Source of the DNA: a bacterium
GTDB taxonomy: Bacteria > UBP7 > UBA6624 > JBBIMK01
NCBI GenBank assembly: GCA_037444445.1
Contig: JBBIMK010000004.1
Location: 64,725 to 96,724, forward strand
Length of the DNA: 32,000 nt
Direction of reading: 5' to 3'
Shown here: one piece after another, positions 7,777 to 15,815 of the stretch
How the letters are laid out: the number at the start of each line of letters is the position of its first letter
Position numbering within the stretch: the first letter of the stretch is position 1
Position numbers and translations under genes: made by a program
Notes under the pieces: model-generated
Database searches by the model: none
What the model saw: only the letters and a program-made list of their open reading frames with translations
Told to the model about the DNA's origin: nothing

Positions 7777-8754
7777 ATGTTCATCGTTACTGGCGGAGCA
7801 GGATTCATTGGCAGTGCATTCGTGTGGAAACTGAATATGGAAGGCATCCAGAAAATTCTTATCGTGGATGAGCCTGACCCGGAGGAAAAATGGAAAAACC
7901 TGACGAATCGCCAGTTTGAGAACTCTGTCCATAAAGACAAGTTCCTGAAAGATGTGATGGAAGATAGAATGCCATCCCCTGTATCCGCAGTCATCCACCT
8001 GGGAGCGTGCACTTCCACCACGGAGCGCAATGAGGAATATCTGATGCGAAATAACTATGAATATAGCCGGGTGCTGGCGGAATGGGCGGTGAAGAAAGGG
8101 GTTCGTTTCATTTATGCCAGCAGCGCCGCCACTTATGGAGATGGGTCTCTGGGGTTCTCGGATGACGATTCCACGACCCTCCAGTTAAAACCTTTGAACC
8201 TTTACGGATTTTCCAAGCATCAATTTGATGTGTGGGTAATTCGGAATCAACTCACTGAAAAGGTGGCAGGGATAAAGTTTTTCAATGTGTATGGACCCAA
8301 TGAGTATCACAAAGGTGAGATGGCAAGCGTGGTGTTCAAGGCGTATCGACAAGTGAAGGAGAGGGGGCGGGTGGACCTCTTTAAGTCTTACCGCCCTGAA
8401 TATGGGCATGGCGAACAAAAACGGGATTTTATTTATGTGAAAGACTGCGTGGAAGCCCTGTGGTGGTTTTTGCAGAACCCACAGGTCAACGGGATTTTCA
8501 ACCTTGGAACGGGGAAAGCCCAATCGTACAACGACCTGACGAATGCCATCTTTACCGCTCTGCGACTTCCGCCCCGGATGGAGTATATAGAGATGCCGGA
8601 AGGCATCCGGGGGCAATATCAGTATTTCACCGAGGCGAAGATAGAAAAACTCCGCCGGGCTGGATACGCCCAGCCCTTCCATTCTCTGAAAGAAGGGATA
8701 GCAGATTATGTGCTCCATTATTTAGAAAAGAGCAGAGAGGAGCAATACCTGTGA
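7777..8754 (+). CDS. hldD: ADP-L-glycero-D-manno-heptose 6-epimerase
   Basis: Colinear with E. coli HldD as recalled from memory: IVTGGAGFIGS, GACTSTTE, NNYEYS, FIYASSAATYG, PLNLYGFSK, FNVYGPNEYHKGEMASV, KRDFIYVKD, GIFNLGTGKAQS. It starts 3 nt after the terC-family stop. Confidence 0.92.
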   Translation: MFIVTGGAGFIGSAFVWKLNMEGIQKILIVDEPDPEEKWKNLTNRQFENSVHKDKFLKDVMEDRMPSPVSAVIHLGACTSTTERNEEYLMRNNYEYSRVLAEWAVKKGVRFIYASSAATYGDGSLGFSDDDSTTLQLKPLNLYGFSKHQFDVWVIRNQLTEKVAGIKFFNVYGPNEYHKGEMASVVFKAYRQVKERGRVDLFKSYRPEYGHGEQKRDFIYVKDCVEALWWFLQNPQVNGIFNLGTGKAQSYNDLTNAIFTALRLPPRMEYIEMPEGIRGQYQYFTEAKIEKLRRAGYAQPFHSLKEGIADYVLHYLEKSREEQYL

Positions 8755-8770
8755 TGGGGGGGAGCGGGGA

Positions 8771-9805
8771 ATGAGATTGGCGGTTACGGGTGGAGGGGGC
8801 TTTCTGGGTTATCATCTGTGCCATCAACTGGCACACAGGTTTGAGGAGATTCGGGTGATTGATATAGCGCCCATCAACCCACAAGAGTACCCCGGTAATG
8901 TGAAGTGTTTCCAGGCGGATGTTCGGGATGAGGAGGCCTTAGAGAGAATTCTTGCCGGCGTGGATATGGTGGTTCACGGGGCGGCTGCCCTGCCCCTCTG
9001 GACGAAGAAAAATATCGTTACGACGAATGTGGATGGCACCCGGAATGTGCTGAAAATTGCTGTAAAACAGGGTATTCCGAGGGTGGTGCATATTTCTTCC
9101 ACAGCGGTGTACGGCATACCGAAAAAGCATCCCATAGAGGAGAATGACCCTCTAAGGGGAGTGGGTCCCTACGGCGAGAGCAAGGTAACGGCGGAGCGGA
9201 TATGTGAAGAATATCGGAAAAAAGGGCTGTGTGTGCCCGTGGTGCGTCCGAAAACTTTCATCGGAACGGGCCGCCTCGGTGTCTTCCAGATTCTTTACGA
9301 TTGGGTGAAGTGCGGAAAGAAGATTCCTATCATCGGGAATGGGAAGAATCGCTATCAACTGTTAGAAGTGGAGGACCTGGTGAAGGGGCTGGAGTTGTTG
9401 ATGACCCAGCCGGCTGAGAAGGTGAACGATACCTTCAATGTGGGGGCGAAGGAGTTTGGAACGGTGCAGGATGACCTGGAAGCATTATGTGAGTATGCCG
9501 GGAGTGGAGCCCGCCCTATGCCCGTCCCGTCCTGGCTCGCCAGACCTCTGCTGGAAGTTCTCTGGACGCTCCGCCTCTCCCCATTATATAAATGGGTCTA
9601 CGCTACCGCGGATAAAGATTCTTTCGTCTCCATAGAAAAGATACAAAAGCAACTGGGCTGGACCCCGAAATACACCAACGCTCAGGCTTTAATCAAGTCA
9701 TATCAGTGGTATCTGGACCACGAGAAAGAGATTCAAGGGGTCGGGCTCACCCACCGCTCTCCCTGGAGACAGGGAATACTGGCGATACTCAAAAAATTCC
9801 TGTAA
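8771..9805 (+). CDS. NAD-dependent nucleotide-sugar epimerase/dehydratase (extended SDR)
   Basis: VTGGGGFLGYHL (GxxGxxG Rossmann motif), HISSTAVYG, PYGESK (YxxxK). It lies adjacent to hldD. Confidence 0.85.
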   Translation: MRLAVTGGGGFLGYHLCHQLAHRFEEIRVIDIAPINPQEYPGNVKCFQADVRDEEALERILAGVDMVVHGAAALPLWTKKNIVTTNVDGTRNVLKIAVKQGIPRVVHISSTAVYGIPKKHPIEENDPLRGVGPYGESKVTAERICEEYRKKGLCVPVVRPKTFIGTGRLGVFQILYDWVKCGKKIPIIGNGKNRYQLLEVEDLVKGLELLMTQPAEKVNDTFNVGAKEFGTVQDDLEALCEYAGSGARPMPVPSWLARPLLEVLWTLRLSPLYKWVYATADKDSFVSIEKIQKQLGWTPKYTNAQALIKSYQWYLDHEKEIQGVGLTHRSPWRQGILAILKKFL

Positions 9806-9876
9806 TCGCCGTTACCAGTCAAAACTCCGAGCATTCATTTTCTCAGAAACGGATGCAAACATATCGGGTGAAGCGT

Positions 9877-9889
9877 TCAGGTATAATAT
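9877..9889 (+). promoter_or_regulatory. Putative -10 region (TCAGGTATAATAT) upstream of the DHS-like gene
   Basis: Perfect TATAAT at 9882-9887, 80 nt upstream of ATG 9967. The 13-mer TCAGGTATAATAT is identical to 12111-12123. No clear -35. Confidence 0.35.
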
Positions 9890-9966
9890 ACAATCGCACA
9901 GGGTATGAACATCAGGAAAACACTTTCAGGAAATGCCCGTGTTGTTAGATTAGAGGAGGGAACTTT

Positions 9967-11031
9967 ATGAAAAAAAGCCAACTCTTTCGGAATAAAGTCA
10001 AAGCCATTGAAGTAAGTAAGGGGAAGCGGATTTCGGAAGTATTATCAGAGATGTCGCAAACAGGGTTTCAGGGAAGGAAACTGGCAGAAGCCCTAAAAGT
10101 TCTGGAAAGGATGCTAAAAGACCCCTGCGTTACTATTTTTATGGGTTATGCCGGCTCCCTCTCCACCGCCGGACAATGGAAGATAATTCAGTGGCTGATA
10201 GAAAATCATTATATAGATGTGTTGGTTTCTACCGGGGCGAATGTTTCGGAAGATATTGTGGAAGCAATGGGGTTCTCTTATTATCAGTACGACCGCCCGG
10301 TGGCAGATAAAACTTTGTTTCAGGAGGGGTATAACCGATACTACGATGTATGCGGGAAAGAATCGGATTACTATCGGATGACGGAATTGATTGCGGAATT
10401 CATTCTCACATTGAAAGAAAACCATCCTTACTCATCAAGGGAATTTCTGGCGGCTTTTGGGAGGTGGCTGGGGGAGAAAGGGATAGAGAGCCTCGTGACA
10501 GCGGCAGTGCGGGAAAAGATACCCATCTTCTGCCCTGCCATCATAGACAGCCCCTACGGCGACGCCGCTTTGATAGCGAAAAGCAAAGGCTTCCACCTGA
10601 CCCTGGATGCGGTGAAAGATTATGTGGAGTTTATGAGCCTGGCTGAGAAAATTCAAGAAACGGGGGTGATTTATATCGGCGGTGGCGTACCGAAAGATTT
10701 TATTCAACTCCTCGCTGTCACCTCGGATTTGCTTTACGCTGACCTGAAAGTCCCGAACAAGAAAGGAAAAAAACGGGCTGGAACCCATGAAACTTACTAC
10801 CCACACAAATATGCCCTCCAGATTACCACTGACTCACCCCAGTGGGGCGGATTGTCAGGAGCCACCTTTGAGGAAGCCGTCTCCTGGGGAAAGGAACAGC
10901 CCGAGGGAGGGCTGGTCCAGTGCTATTGCGATGCTACCATTGCCTTGCCCATCCTTTCTCACGCACTGGCGGAAAAAATGCAGGGAAAGAGGAAGGGAAC
11001 TGACTTCTCCAGATTCTTCCTCCTCACCTGA
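9967..11031 (+). CDS. Deoxyhypusine synthase-like protein (DHS/homospermidine-synthase family)
   Basis: Family pattern GRKLAEA...IFMGYAGSLSTAG...IDVLVSTGANVSEDI...GYNRYYDV...GGGVPKDFI...ITTDSPQWGGLSGATFEEAVSWGK. Strong GAGGAGGG Shine-Dalgarno before the ATG. Confidence 0.85.
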   Translation: MKKSQLFRNKVKAIEVSKGKRISEVLSEMSQTGFQGRKLAEALKVLERMLKDPCVTIFMGYAGSLSTAGQWKIIQWLIENHYIDVLVSTGANVSEDIVEAMGFSYYQYDRPVADKTLFQEGYNRYYDVCGKESDYYRMTELIAEFILTLKENHPYSSREFLAAFGRWLGEKGIESLVTAAVREKIPIFCPAIIDSPYGDAALIAKSKGFHLTLDAVKDYVEFMSLAEKIQETGVIYIGGGVPKDFIQLLAVTSDLLYADLKVPNKKGKKRAGTHETYYPHKYALQITTDSPQWGGLSGATFEEAVSWGKEQPEGGLVQCYCDATIALPILSHALAEKMQGKRKGTDFSRFFLLT

Positions 11032-11169
11032 ACCCCCAACTTCTGATGCAGGGCAGTCTAAAAGTTCAAAATGGCGAAGGGGGCCCGATGCTTTTTCAAT
11101 GGAAAATCCCTCGCCAGAAATCACCTCGTCCTTCCAAAAAAGTAAGGATGTGCAGGAGAAACGAGCGGG

Positions 11170-11175
11170 TATAAT
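11170..11175 (+). promoter_or_regulatory. Putative -10 element (gGTATAATaa) upstream of the GNAT-fusion gene
   Basis: Perfect TATAAT lies 27 nt upstream of ATG 11202, followed by GAAGGAGGGG Shine-Dalgarno. Confidence 0.3.
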
Positions 11176-11201
11176 AAAGAGGGTGAAGGAGGGGAAGGAA
11201 G

Positions 11202-11999
11202 ATGGAGATTCGGATAGAAGAGGTAACAGAGGAAAATGTGGAAGAGGTTGCGTGGTTCTGCATTTTCCCGGAATGGAGAGAAAAGACAGAGTTCATCAAG
11301 GGAGTGGAAGAGAAAAGAAAGTGGACGGAAGAAATGTTCCAGAAGTGGGGAACCTTCGCAAAAATCGCTTACAGAGGGAAATCACTCGTGGGGCAAATCC
11401 ATTATCATCCGGTTCCCGAGGAGAAAACCACCTATATCCATTGCATCTATGTTCCCGACAAGGAGAATTGGCGAAAAGGAATAGCCCGAAAACTGTTGCT
11501 GAGCCTGATGGAAGAAATGAAACAGCCGCAAGTCTGGTTTGACCATCAGCCGGCATCCGCTCTCGTGACGAGAACCTTTCCGGGTGAAAAGCAGGGTCAG
11601 TATCCCGCCCGCCTCTTCTTTGCCGATATGGGCTTCAAGCCAGTGGGAAAGGACCCGGACTTTTTGTATTATCCTCTGAAGGAGGGTTTTGTTTATCAGC
11701 CTCTGCCAGTGAAAGCACCGGTGTATTTTCCACAGGAGGAAGATAAAGGCAAAGCGGTCATCATCTACGGACCTTCGTTCTGCCCTTTTTCCTTTGTTTT
11801 CCTGAAGAAAGCGGAGGAGGCGGTAAAGGAGGTGTCACCTGAGATTTCCATCCGATGGATTAGCAAGACAGAGGAGCCGGAAGAGGTGAAAAAGCGGGGC
11901 GATTTTGAAGGCGTCATTGTGAATGCCAGGCCCATCCGAACTTTTGTTATAGACAGAGAAAATTTTCAAAAAGAAGTCCAGCAAGCATTGAAATCGTGA
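11202..11999 (+). CDS. GNAT-family acetyltransferase-like domain fused to a thioredoxin/glutaredoxin-like C-terminal domain (single-Cys CPFS)
   Basis: The N-terminal half has GNAT motif-A-like NWRKGIARKLLLSLME and ...FFADMGFKPV. The C-terminal ~80 aa (KAVIIYGPSFCPFSFVFLKKAEE...GVIVNARPI) looks like a Trx-fold with CPFS in the CxxC/S position (nt 11781-11792). Confidence 0.65.
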   Translation: MEIRIEEVTEENVEEVAWFCIFPEWREKTEFIKGVEEKRKWTEEMFQKWGTFAKIAYRGKSLVGQIHYHPVPEEKTTYIHCIYVPDKENWRKGIARKLLLSLMEEMKQPQVWFDHQPASALVTRTFPGEKQGQYPARLFFADMGFKPVGKDPDFLYYPLKEGFVYQPLPVKAPVYFPQEEDKGKAVIIYGPSFCPFSFVFLKKAEEAVKEVSPEISIRWISKTEEPEEVKKRGDFEGVIVNARPIRTFVIDRENFQKEVQQALKS

Positions 12000-12110
12000 A
12001 AGCCTCTGAACCAGCGGGAAGCCCCATCTTCCTTCAAAAACAGCAATGAGTAGTAGTAAGAGAATGAAAAAGGTCTGCCCTTGACCGTATGGACACTCAA
12101 AAGGAAATAG

Positions 12111-12123
12111 TCAGGTATAATAT
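12111..12123 (+). promoter_or_regulatory. Putative -10 region (TCAGGTATAATAT) upstream of the S9 peptidase gene
   Basis: Perfect TATAAT at 12116-12121, in the same 13-mer as at 9877-9889. Confidence 0.35.
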
Positions 12124-12218
12124 CCATAATGGAGGTTGTTAGAAAGGTGACTTTTGAAATCTTAAAGCAGATTTTTTATGGGTATGACCCGGACGAGGCA
12201 AAAAAAACAGGAGGTGTG

Positions 12219-14288
12219 ATGATGGCGAGTATTTTCAAAATTGTATTTCGTAGCGGTGCTTTCGTCGCTGCGGTTTTTTTCATTCACTCCACCACTCTAC
12301 CCGGGCAGGAGGAGGTTCCCCTGATTTCGCGGAGAGTGTTCTTCGGGAATCCGGACAGGGCAAGCCCCCAATTAAGCCCGGATGGCACACAACTGGCATT
12401 TCTGGCTCCGGATGAGGGTGTGCTGAATGTCTGGGTAGGTTCTGTGGACGACCCGACCTCTGCGAAGCCGGTCACCCACGACCGTCTTCGTGGCATCAGG
12501 ATATACTTCTGGGCTTACACCAACCGTCACATCATTTATTTGCAGGACAAGAACGGGGACGAGAACTGGCGGGTCTATAGCGTGGATTTAAGGTCGGGGC
12601 AGGTGATGGACCTGACCCCTGTGGAGGGCGTGCAAGCCCGTATCCAGCAGGTCAGTGAGAAGTTTCCTGCGGAGATTCTTATCGGGCTGAACGACAGGAA
12701 TCCGCAATTCCACGACCTGTATCGGGTGAATATCCTCAGCGGTAGCAAAAGGCTGATTCAGGAAAACCCGGGTTTTCTTGACTTTCTCACCGATGACTAC
12801 TATCGGGTTCGCTTTGCTTTCCGCCTGACGCCCGACGGAGGAAACGAGGTGCTGAAACCCACGGAAGAAGGGAAGTGGGAGCCTTTTATGACCATTTCTC
12901 AGGAAGATTTACTGACCACCCAACTTATCAGATTTGATAAGTCTAACCGGGTTCTGTATATGACAGACAGCCGGGGGCGCAACACCGCAGCGCTGGCTTC
13001 CATTGACCTCCGAACCGGAGAGGAGGAAATTATCGCTGAAGACCCCCGAGCGGACATCAGTGATGTGATTGCCCACCCTGCGGAAAAGAATATGGAAGCG
13101 GTCGCCTTCACCTACGACCGGAAGGAGTGGAAGATTCTTGACCCTGCATTGAGGGAGGATTTCGCCTATCTCAGCACCATCAGTAAAGACGATTTGAATA
13201 TCACCAGTCAGTCGCTGGATGACCGGAAGTGGATTGTGACATTTACGGTGGACAACGGTCCCATTCGCTATTATGTGTATGACCGGGATTTGAAAGAGGC
13301 GAAGTTTTTGTTTACCAATCGCAAGGCGCTGGAAGGCTTGCCTCTGGCAAAAATGCATCCGGTGGTCATACGCTCCCGGGATAACCTGAACCTGGTGAGC
13401 TATTATACCCTGCCAGTGTGGAGCGATGCGGATGGCAACGGCAAGCCGGAAAAACGATTGCCCCTGGTTCTCACGGTTCACGGCGGCCCCTGGTGGCGCG
13501 ACAACTGGGGCTATAATCCCTGGCATCAGTGGTTTTCTAACCGGGGCTATGCAGTGATGAGTGTAAACTTCCGCGGCTCCACTGGCTTCGGCAAGAAGTT
13601 TATCAACGCCGGCGACAAAGAGTGGGGCGGAAAGATGCACGATGACCTCATAGATGCGGTGAACTGGGCTGTTGAGCAGGGAATTGCTGACCCAAAGCAT
13701 ATCGCCATTATGGGTGGAAGTTACGGAGGCTACGCCACTCTCGTGGGTATGACCTTCACGCCGGATGATTTCGCCTGCGGGGTGGACATCGTGGGGCCCT
13801 CTAACCTTGTCACCTTTATGAACGCCATCCCCCCTTACTGGAAGCCTCTGTTAGACCTCTTCACATCCCGCGTGGGCGACCACCGAACAGAAGAAGGCAG
13901 GGCGTTTCTCCTCGCCCGCTCTCCTCTCACTTATGTGGACCGGATACAGAAGCCGCTGTTAATCGGACATGGTGCCAACGACCCGAGGGTGAAGCAGGCA
14001 GAGTCGGAGCAGATTGTAAAAGCCATGCAGGGGAAGAACATTCCCGTTACTTATGTTCTTTACCCGGACGAGGGGCATGGATTTGCCCGCCCACAGAACA
14101 ACCTGTCCTTTTATGCCATCACCGATGTATTTCTTGCAAAATGCCTGGGCGGGCGCTACGAGCCCATCGGCGATGACCTCACAGGCTCCAGCCTCCTGGT
14201 CCCCGCTGGGGCTGACCTGATTCCCGGCTTGCCCCGGGCTCTGAAAGCCCTATCCGCACCCACGAAAATCCTGCCTGCACTCCCCTGA
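12219..14288 (+). CDS. S9-family serine peptidase (prolyl oligopeptidase / acylaminoacyl-peptidase-like), secreted
   Basis: N-terminal beta-propeller half followed by an alpha/beta-hydrolase half: GGPWW, nucleophile GGSYGGYAT, HGANDPRV, DEGHGF (Ser-Asp-His triad order). I moved the start from track position 12129 to ATG 12219, which has AGGAGG at 12209-12214 five nt upstream. That start gives a signal peptide, MMASIFKIVFRSGAFVAAVFFIHS. Confidence 0.9.
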   Translation: MMASIFKIVFRSGAFVAAVFFIHSTTLPGQEEVPLISRRVFFGNPDRASPQLSPDGTQLAFLAPDEGVLNVWVGSVDDPTSAKPVTHDRLRGIRIYFWAYTNRHIIYLQDKNGDENWRVYSVDLRSGQVMDLTPVEGVQARIQQVSEKFPAEILIGLNDRNPQFHDLYRVNILSGSKRLIQENPGFLDFLTDDYYRVRFAFRLTPDGGNEVLKPTEEGKWEPFMTISQEDLLTTQLIRFDKSNRVLYMTDSRGRNTAALASIDLRTGEEEIIAEDPRADISDVIAHPAEKNMEAVAFTYDRKEWKILDPALREDFAYLSTISKDDLNITSQSLDDRKWIVTFTVDNGPIRYYVYDRDLKEAKFLFTNRKALEGLPLAKMHPVVIRSRDNLNLVSYYTLPVWSDADGNGKPEKRLPLVLTVHGGPWWRDNWGYNPWHQWFSNRGYAVMSVNFRGSTGFGKKFINAGDKEWGGKMHDDLIDAVNWAVEQGIADPKHIAIMGGSYGGYATLVGMTFTPDDFACGVDIVGPSNLVTFMNAIPPYWKPLLDLFTSRVGDHRTEEGRAFLLARSPLTYVDRIQKPLLIGHGANDPRVKQAESEQIVKAMQGKNIPVTYVLYPDEGHGFARPQNNLSFYAITDVFLAKCLGGRYEPIGDDLTGSSLLVPAGADLIPGLPRALKALSAPTKILPALP

Positions 14289-14483
14289 CTTCCCCGCTGG
14301 CTTGCAAATCTCTGCAAAATATACCTGCCCACTTTCGTGGTGCCAGCCCCGATGACGAACATCTGGGAAGAAAACTGGCTATTCTGGAAAAAAAAGCGGT
14401 ATACAGAATAGTGATATATGTGAGTGGAAAAAAGAGCGCCGTAAAGCAGAAGAGGAAAAAGGCGGGTGCGTTCAGAAAAAAAG

Positions 14484-14489
14484 TATAAT
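14484..14489 (+). promoter_or_regulatory. Putative -10 element (aaGTATAATat) heading the leader that contains the left repeat
   Basis: Perfect TATAAT lies 195 nt upstream of the bioY ATG and 25 nt upstream of the left repeat copy. Preceded by GCGTTCAG, also seen at 9874-9880. Confidence 0.35.
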
Positions 14490-14514
14490 ATGGGCAAGCC
14501 GGTGAAGGAAAGAC

Positions 14515-14594
14515 CACCACAGCGTATAACACAGCATAAAAGGTTCCCGCGGGAGATAGCCTGCGTCATCTCACGGGGTCACCCAAATTTCGGC
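14515..14594. repeat. Left copy of an imperfect colinear direct repeat bracketing the AT-rich bioY-clc cassette
   Basis: Hand alignment to 17229-17287. Block 1 (14515-14547 vs 17229-17261) has 25/33 identities, including TAACACAG and AGGTTCC. Block 2 (14574-14594 vs 17267-17287) has 18/21, including the 12-mer CGGGGTCACCCA. The left copy has about 21 extra nt between the blocks. Confidence 0.6.
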
Positions 14595-14614
14595 TACGCC
14601 GAAACTTCTTTTAT
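14588..14614 (+). terminator. Terminator/attenuator-like hairpin plus U-tract upstream of bioY
   Basis: Stem TTTCGGC-tac-GCCGAAA (7 bp, 14588-14604) is followed by CTTCTTTTAT. It shares the flanks CCCAAATT ... AACTTCTTTTAT with the module at 15783-15811. Confidence 0.4.
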
Positions 14615-14683
14615 GCCGGGAATGTTTAATGAAATTGTGGGCAGTGACTTGAAAACATCGAAAAATTAGAAAGGAGAAAAGCA

Positions 14684-15352
14684 ATGCAGAATATAGCAAT
14701 AGCGGAAAAGTATTTTAGAGCAAGATATTTATTTTTCAAATGGCGTTACAGTTTAGCTCTTGTAAATAAGATTGCTTTAGCATTAGGGATGGCCTGTGTG
14801 ACTGGACTTTTTGCCCAAATAAAAGTCTCTCTTCCCTGGACTCCGACACCAATCACCGGTCAGACTTTTGCTGTATTATTGGCTGGAGTCCTTCTTGGGA
14901 GATGGTGGGGAGGAATAAGCCAGGCAATATATGTAGTATTAGGTGTGGTTGGTGTTCCCTGGTTTGCAGGCTTAAGAGGGGGTTATGGCGTTCTCATTGG
15001 TCCCAGCGGAGGATATATAATTGGTTTTATCTTAGCTGCCTTGTTCATTGGCCATTTCACTGACAAATATATTAGAGCAAGGAGTTTTCTTTGCATGTTT
15101 ACCTTTATGCTATTTGCCAATTTTGTCCTGATACACATACCGGGGTTAATACAGTTAGGAGTATGGTTTTACATAGCCAAAGGCACTGGATTAACTCTTT
15201 GGAAGCTGCTCTGGATGGGAACTATTCCATTCGTTATCGGGGACATAACTAAAATTGTGGGTGCGGCAGCATTGGCGAAAGCCATTACTCCCAAGGAAGC
15301 CTACAATGGTGAAGTGGATGCCGAGAGGGCAAAGAAATGGCGAATATTTTGA
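14684..15352 (+). CDS. bioY: Biotin transporter BioY (ECF S-component family)
   Basis: TPTPITGQTFAVLLAGVLLG...GVVGVPWFAG...LIGPSGGYIIGFILAA matches the BioY core. AAAGGAG Shine-Dalgarno lies before the ATG. Codons are AT-rich, unlike the flanks. Confidence 0.85.
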   Translation: MQNIAIAEKYFRARYLFFKWRYSLALVNKIALALGMACVTGLFAQIKVSLPWTPTPITGQTFAVLLAGVLLGRWWGGISQAIYVVLGVVGVPWFAGLRGGYGVLIGPSGGYIIGFILAALFIGHFTDKYIRARSFLCMFTFMLFANFVLIHIPGLIQLGVWFYIAKGTGLTLWKLLWMGTIPFVIGDITKIVGAAALAKAITPKEAYNGEVDAERAKKWRIF

Positions 15353-15753
15353 AAATTCGTGCTCACCACCTCTTATGCATACAAGGTTTTCAAGGATACG
15401 GTTATAGTGAAGATTTTGTAAAGAATATGATTGAAATTATTAAGAATATAGATTCAAATCCTGAATCAGAAATAATTACTGAATGTGACATTATCTGTTC
15501 TTATTGCTCTCACAATGTAGAAGGAGTATGTCAAAAAAAGCCCGATTCTGCTCAAAAGGTTAAAAATATGGATATGCGAATTTTGAGAAAATTACAATTA
15601 AAAGATGGGATAAGAGGCAGAGTCAAAGATTTTCTTTCCCTTGCAAATACAAAGTTCAGAAATATTTCTGCCGTTCAAGATATATGTGGCGATTGTGATT
15701 GGAAAGAGAAATGCCTTTGGTTTATTTCACGAGTTGCCCACAACGGCAGATAA
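15337..15753 (+). CDS. Cysteine-rich DUF1284-like protein
   Basis: N-terminal KIRAHHLLCIQGFQGYGYSEDFVKNM matches my recollection of the DUF1284 R-x-HHLLC-x-x-x-F-x-G-x-GY opening. Further Cys clusters: CDIICSYCSHNVEGVC and CGDCDWKEKC. It overlaps the bioY 3' end by 16 nt. Confidence 0.6.
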   Translation: MANILKIRAHHLLCIQGFQGYGYSEDFVKNMIEIIKNIDSNPESEIITECDIICSYCSHNVEGVCQKKPDSAQKVKNMDMRILRKLQLKDGIRGRVKDFLSLANTKFRNISAVQDICGDCDWKEKCLWFISRVAHNGR

Positions 15754-15755
15754 CA

Positions 15756-15815
15756 GCGGATAAAAGGGAAATCAAAGATTTCCCCAAATTGCCTTCGGCA
15801 ACTTCTTTTATCCGC
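15756..15815 (+). other. 60-nt nested-hairpin (three-way-junction-like) RNA-type element between the DUF1284-like gene and the ClC gene
   Basis: The outer arms GCGGATAAAAG (15756-15766) and CTTTTATCCGC (15805-15815) are perfect 11-nt reverse complements. Two hairpins sit inside: GGAAATC-aaa-GATTTCC (15767-15783) and TTGCC-ttc-GGCAA (15789-15801). The second is followed by CTTCTTTTAT. Confidence 0.5.

Noticed and set aside
10787-11542. 251-aa ORF (+) spanning the DHS 3' end, the intergenic region and the GNAT 5' end; also 11236-11484 and 10350-10646.
   Set aside because: They are out of frame with two well-supported genes. Their Arg/Ser/Gly/Pro-rich low-complexity translation is typical of off-frame reading of GA-rich sequence.
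12909-13700. 263-aa antisense ORF inside the S9 peptidase gene. Similar long antisense or off-frame ORFs occur in asnA (20232-20888), purM (26554-27084, 27202-27882), proS (24212-24840), the GT9 gene (22492-22980) and the DprA-like gene (5384-6267).
   Set aside because: Each is fully embedded in a gene with clear family motifs on the other frame or strand. None has a recognisable motif or ribosome-binding site.
14541-14594. Resemblance of AGGTTCC...ACGGGG in the repeat to guanidine-I/ykkC-type riboswitch segments (GGGUUCCG...ACGGCGGG).
   Set aside because: Only short partial similarity. The spacing differs greatly between the two copies (26 vs 5 nt), and the downstream genes (bioY, phoU-like) are not ykkC-class targets.
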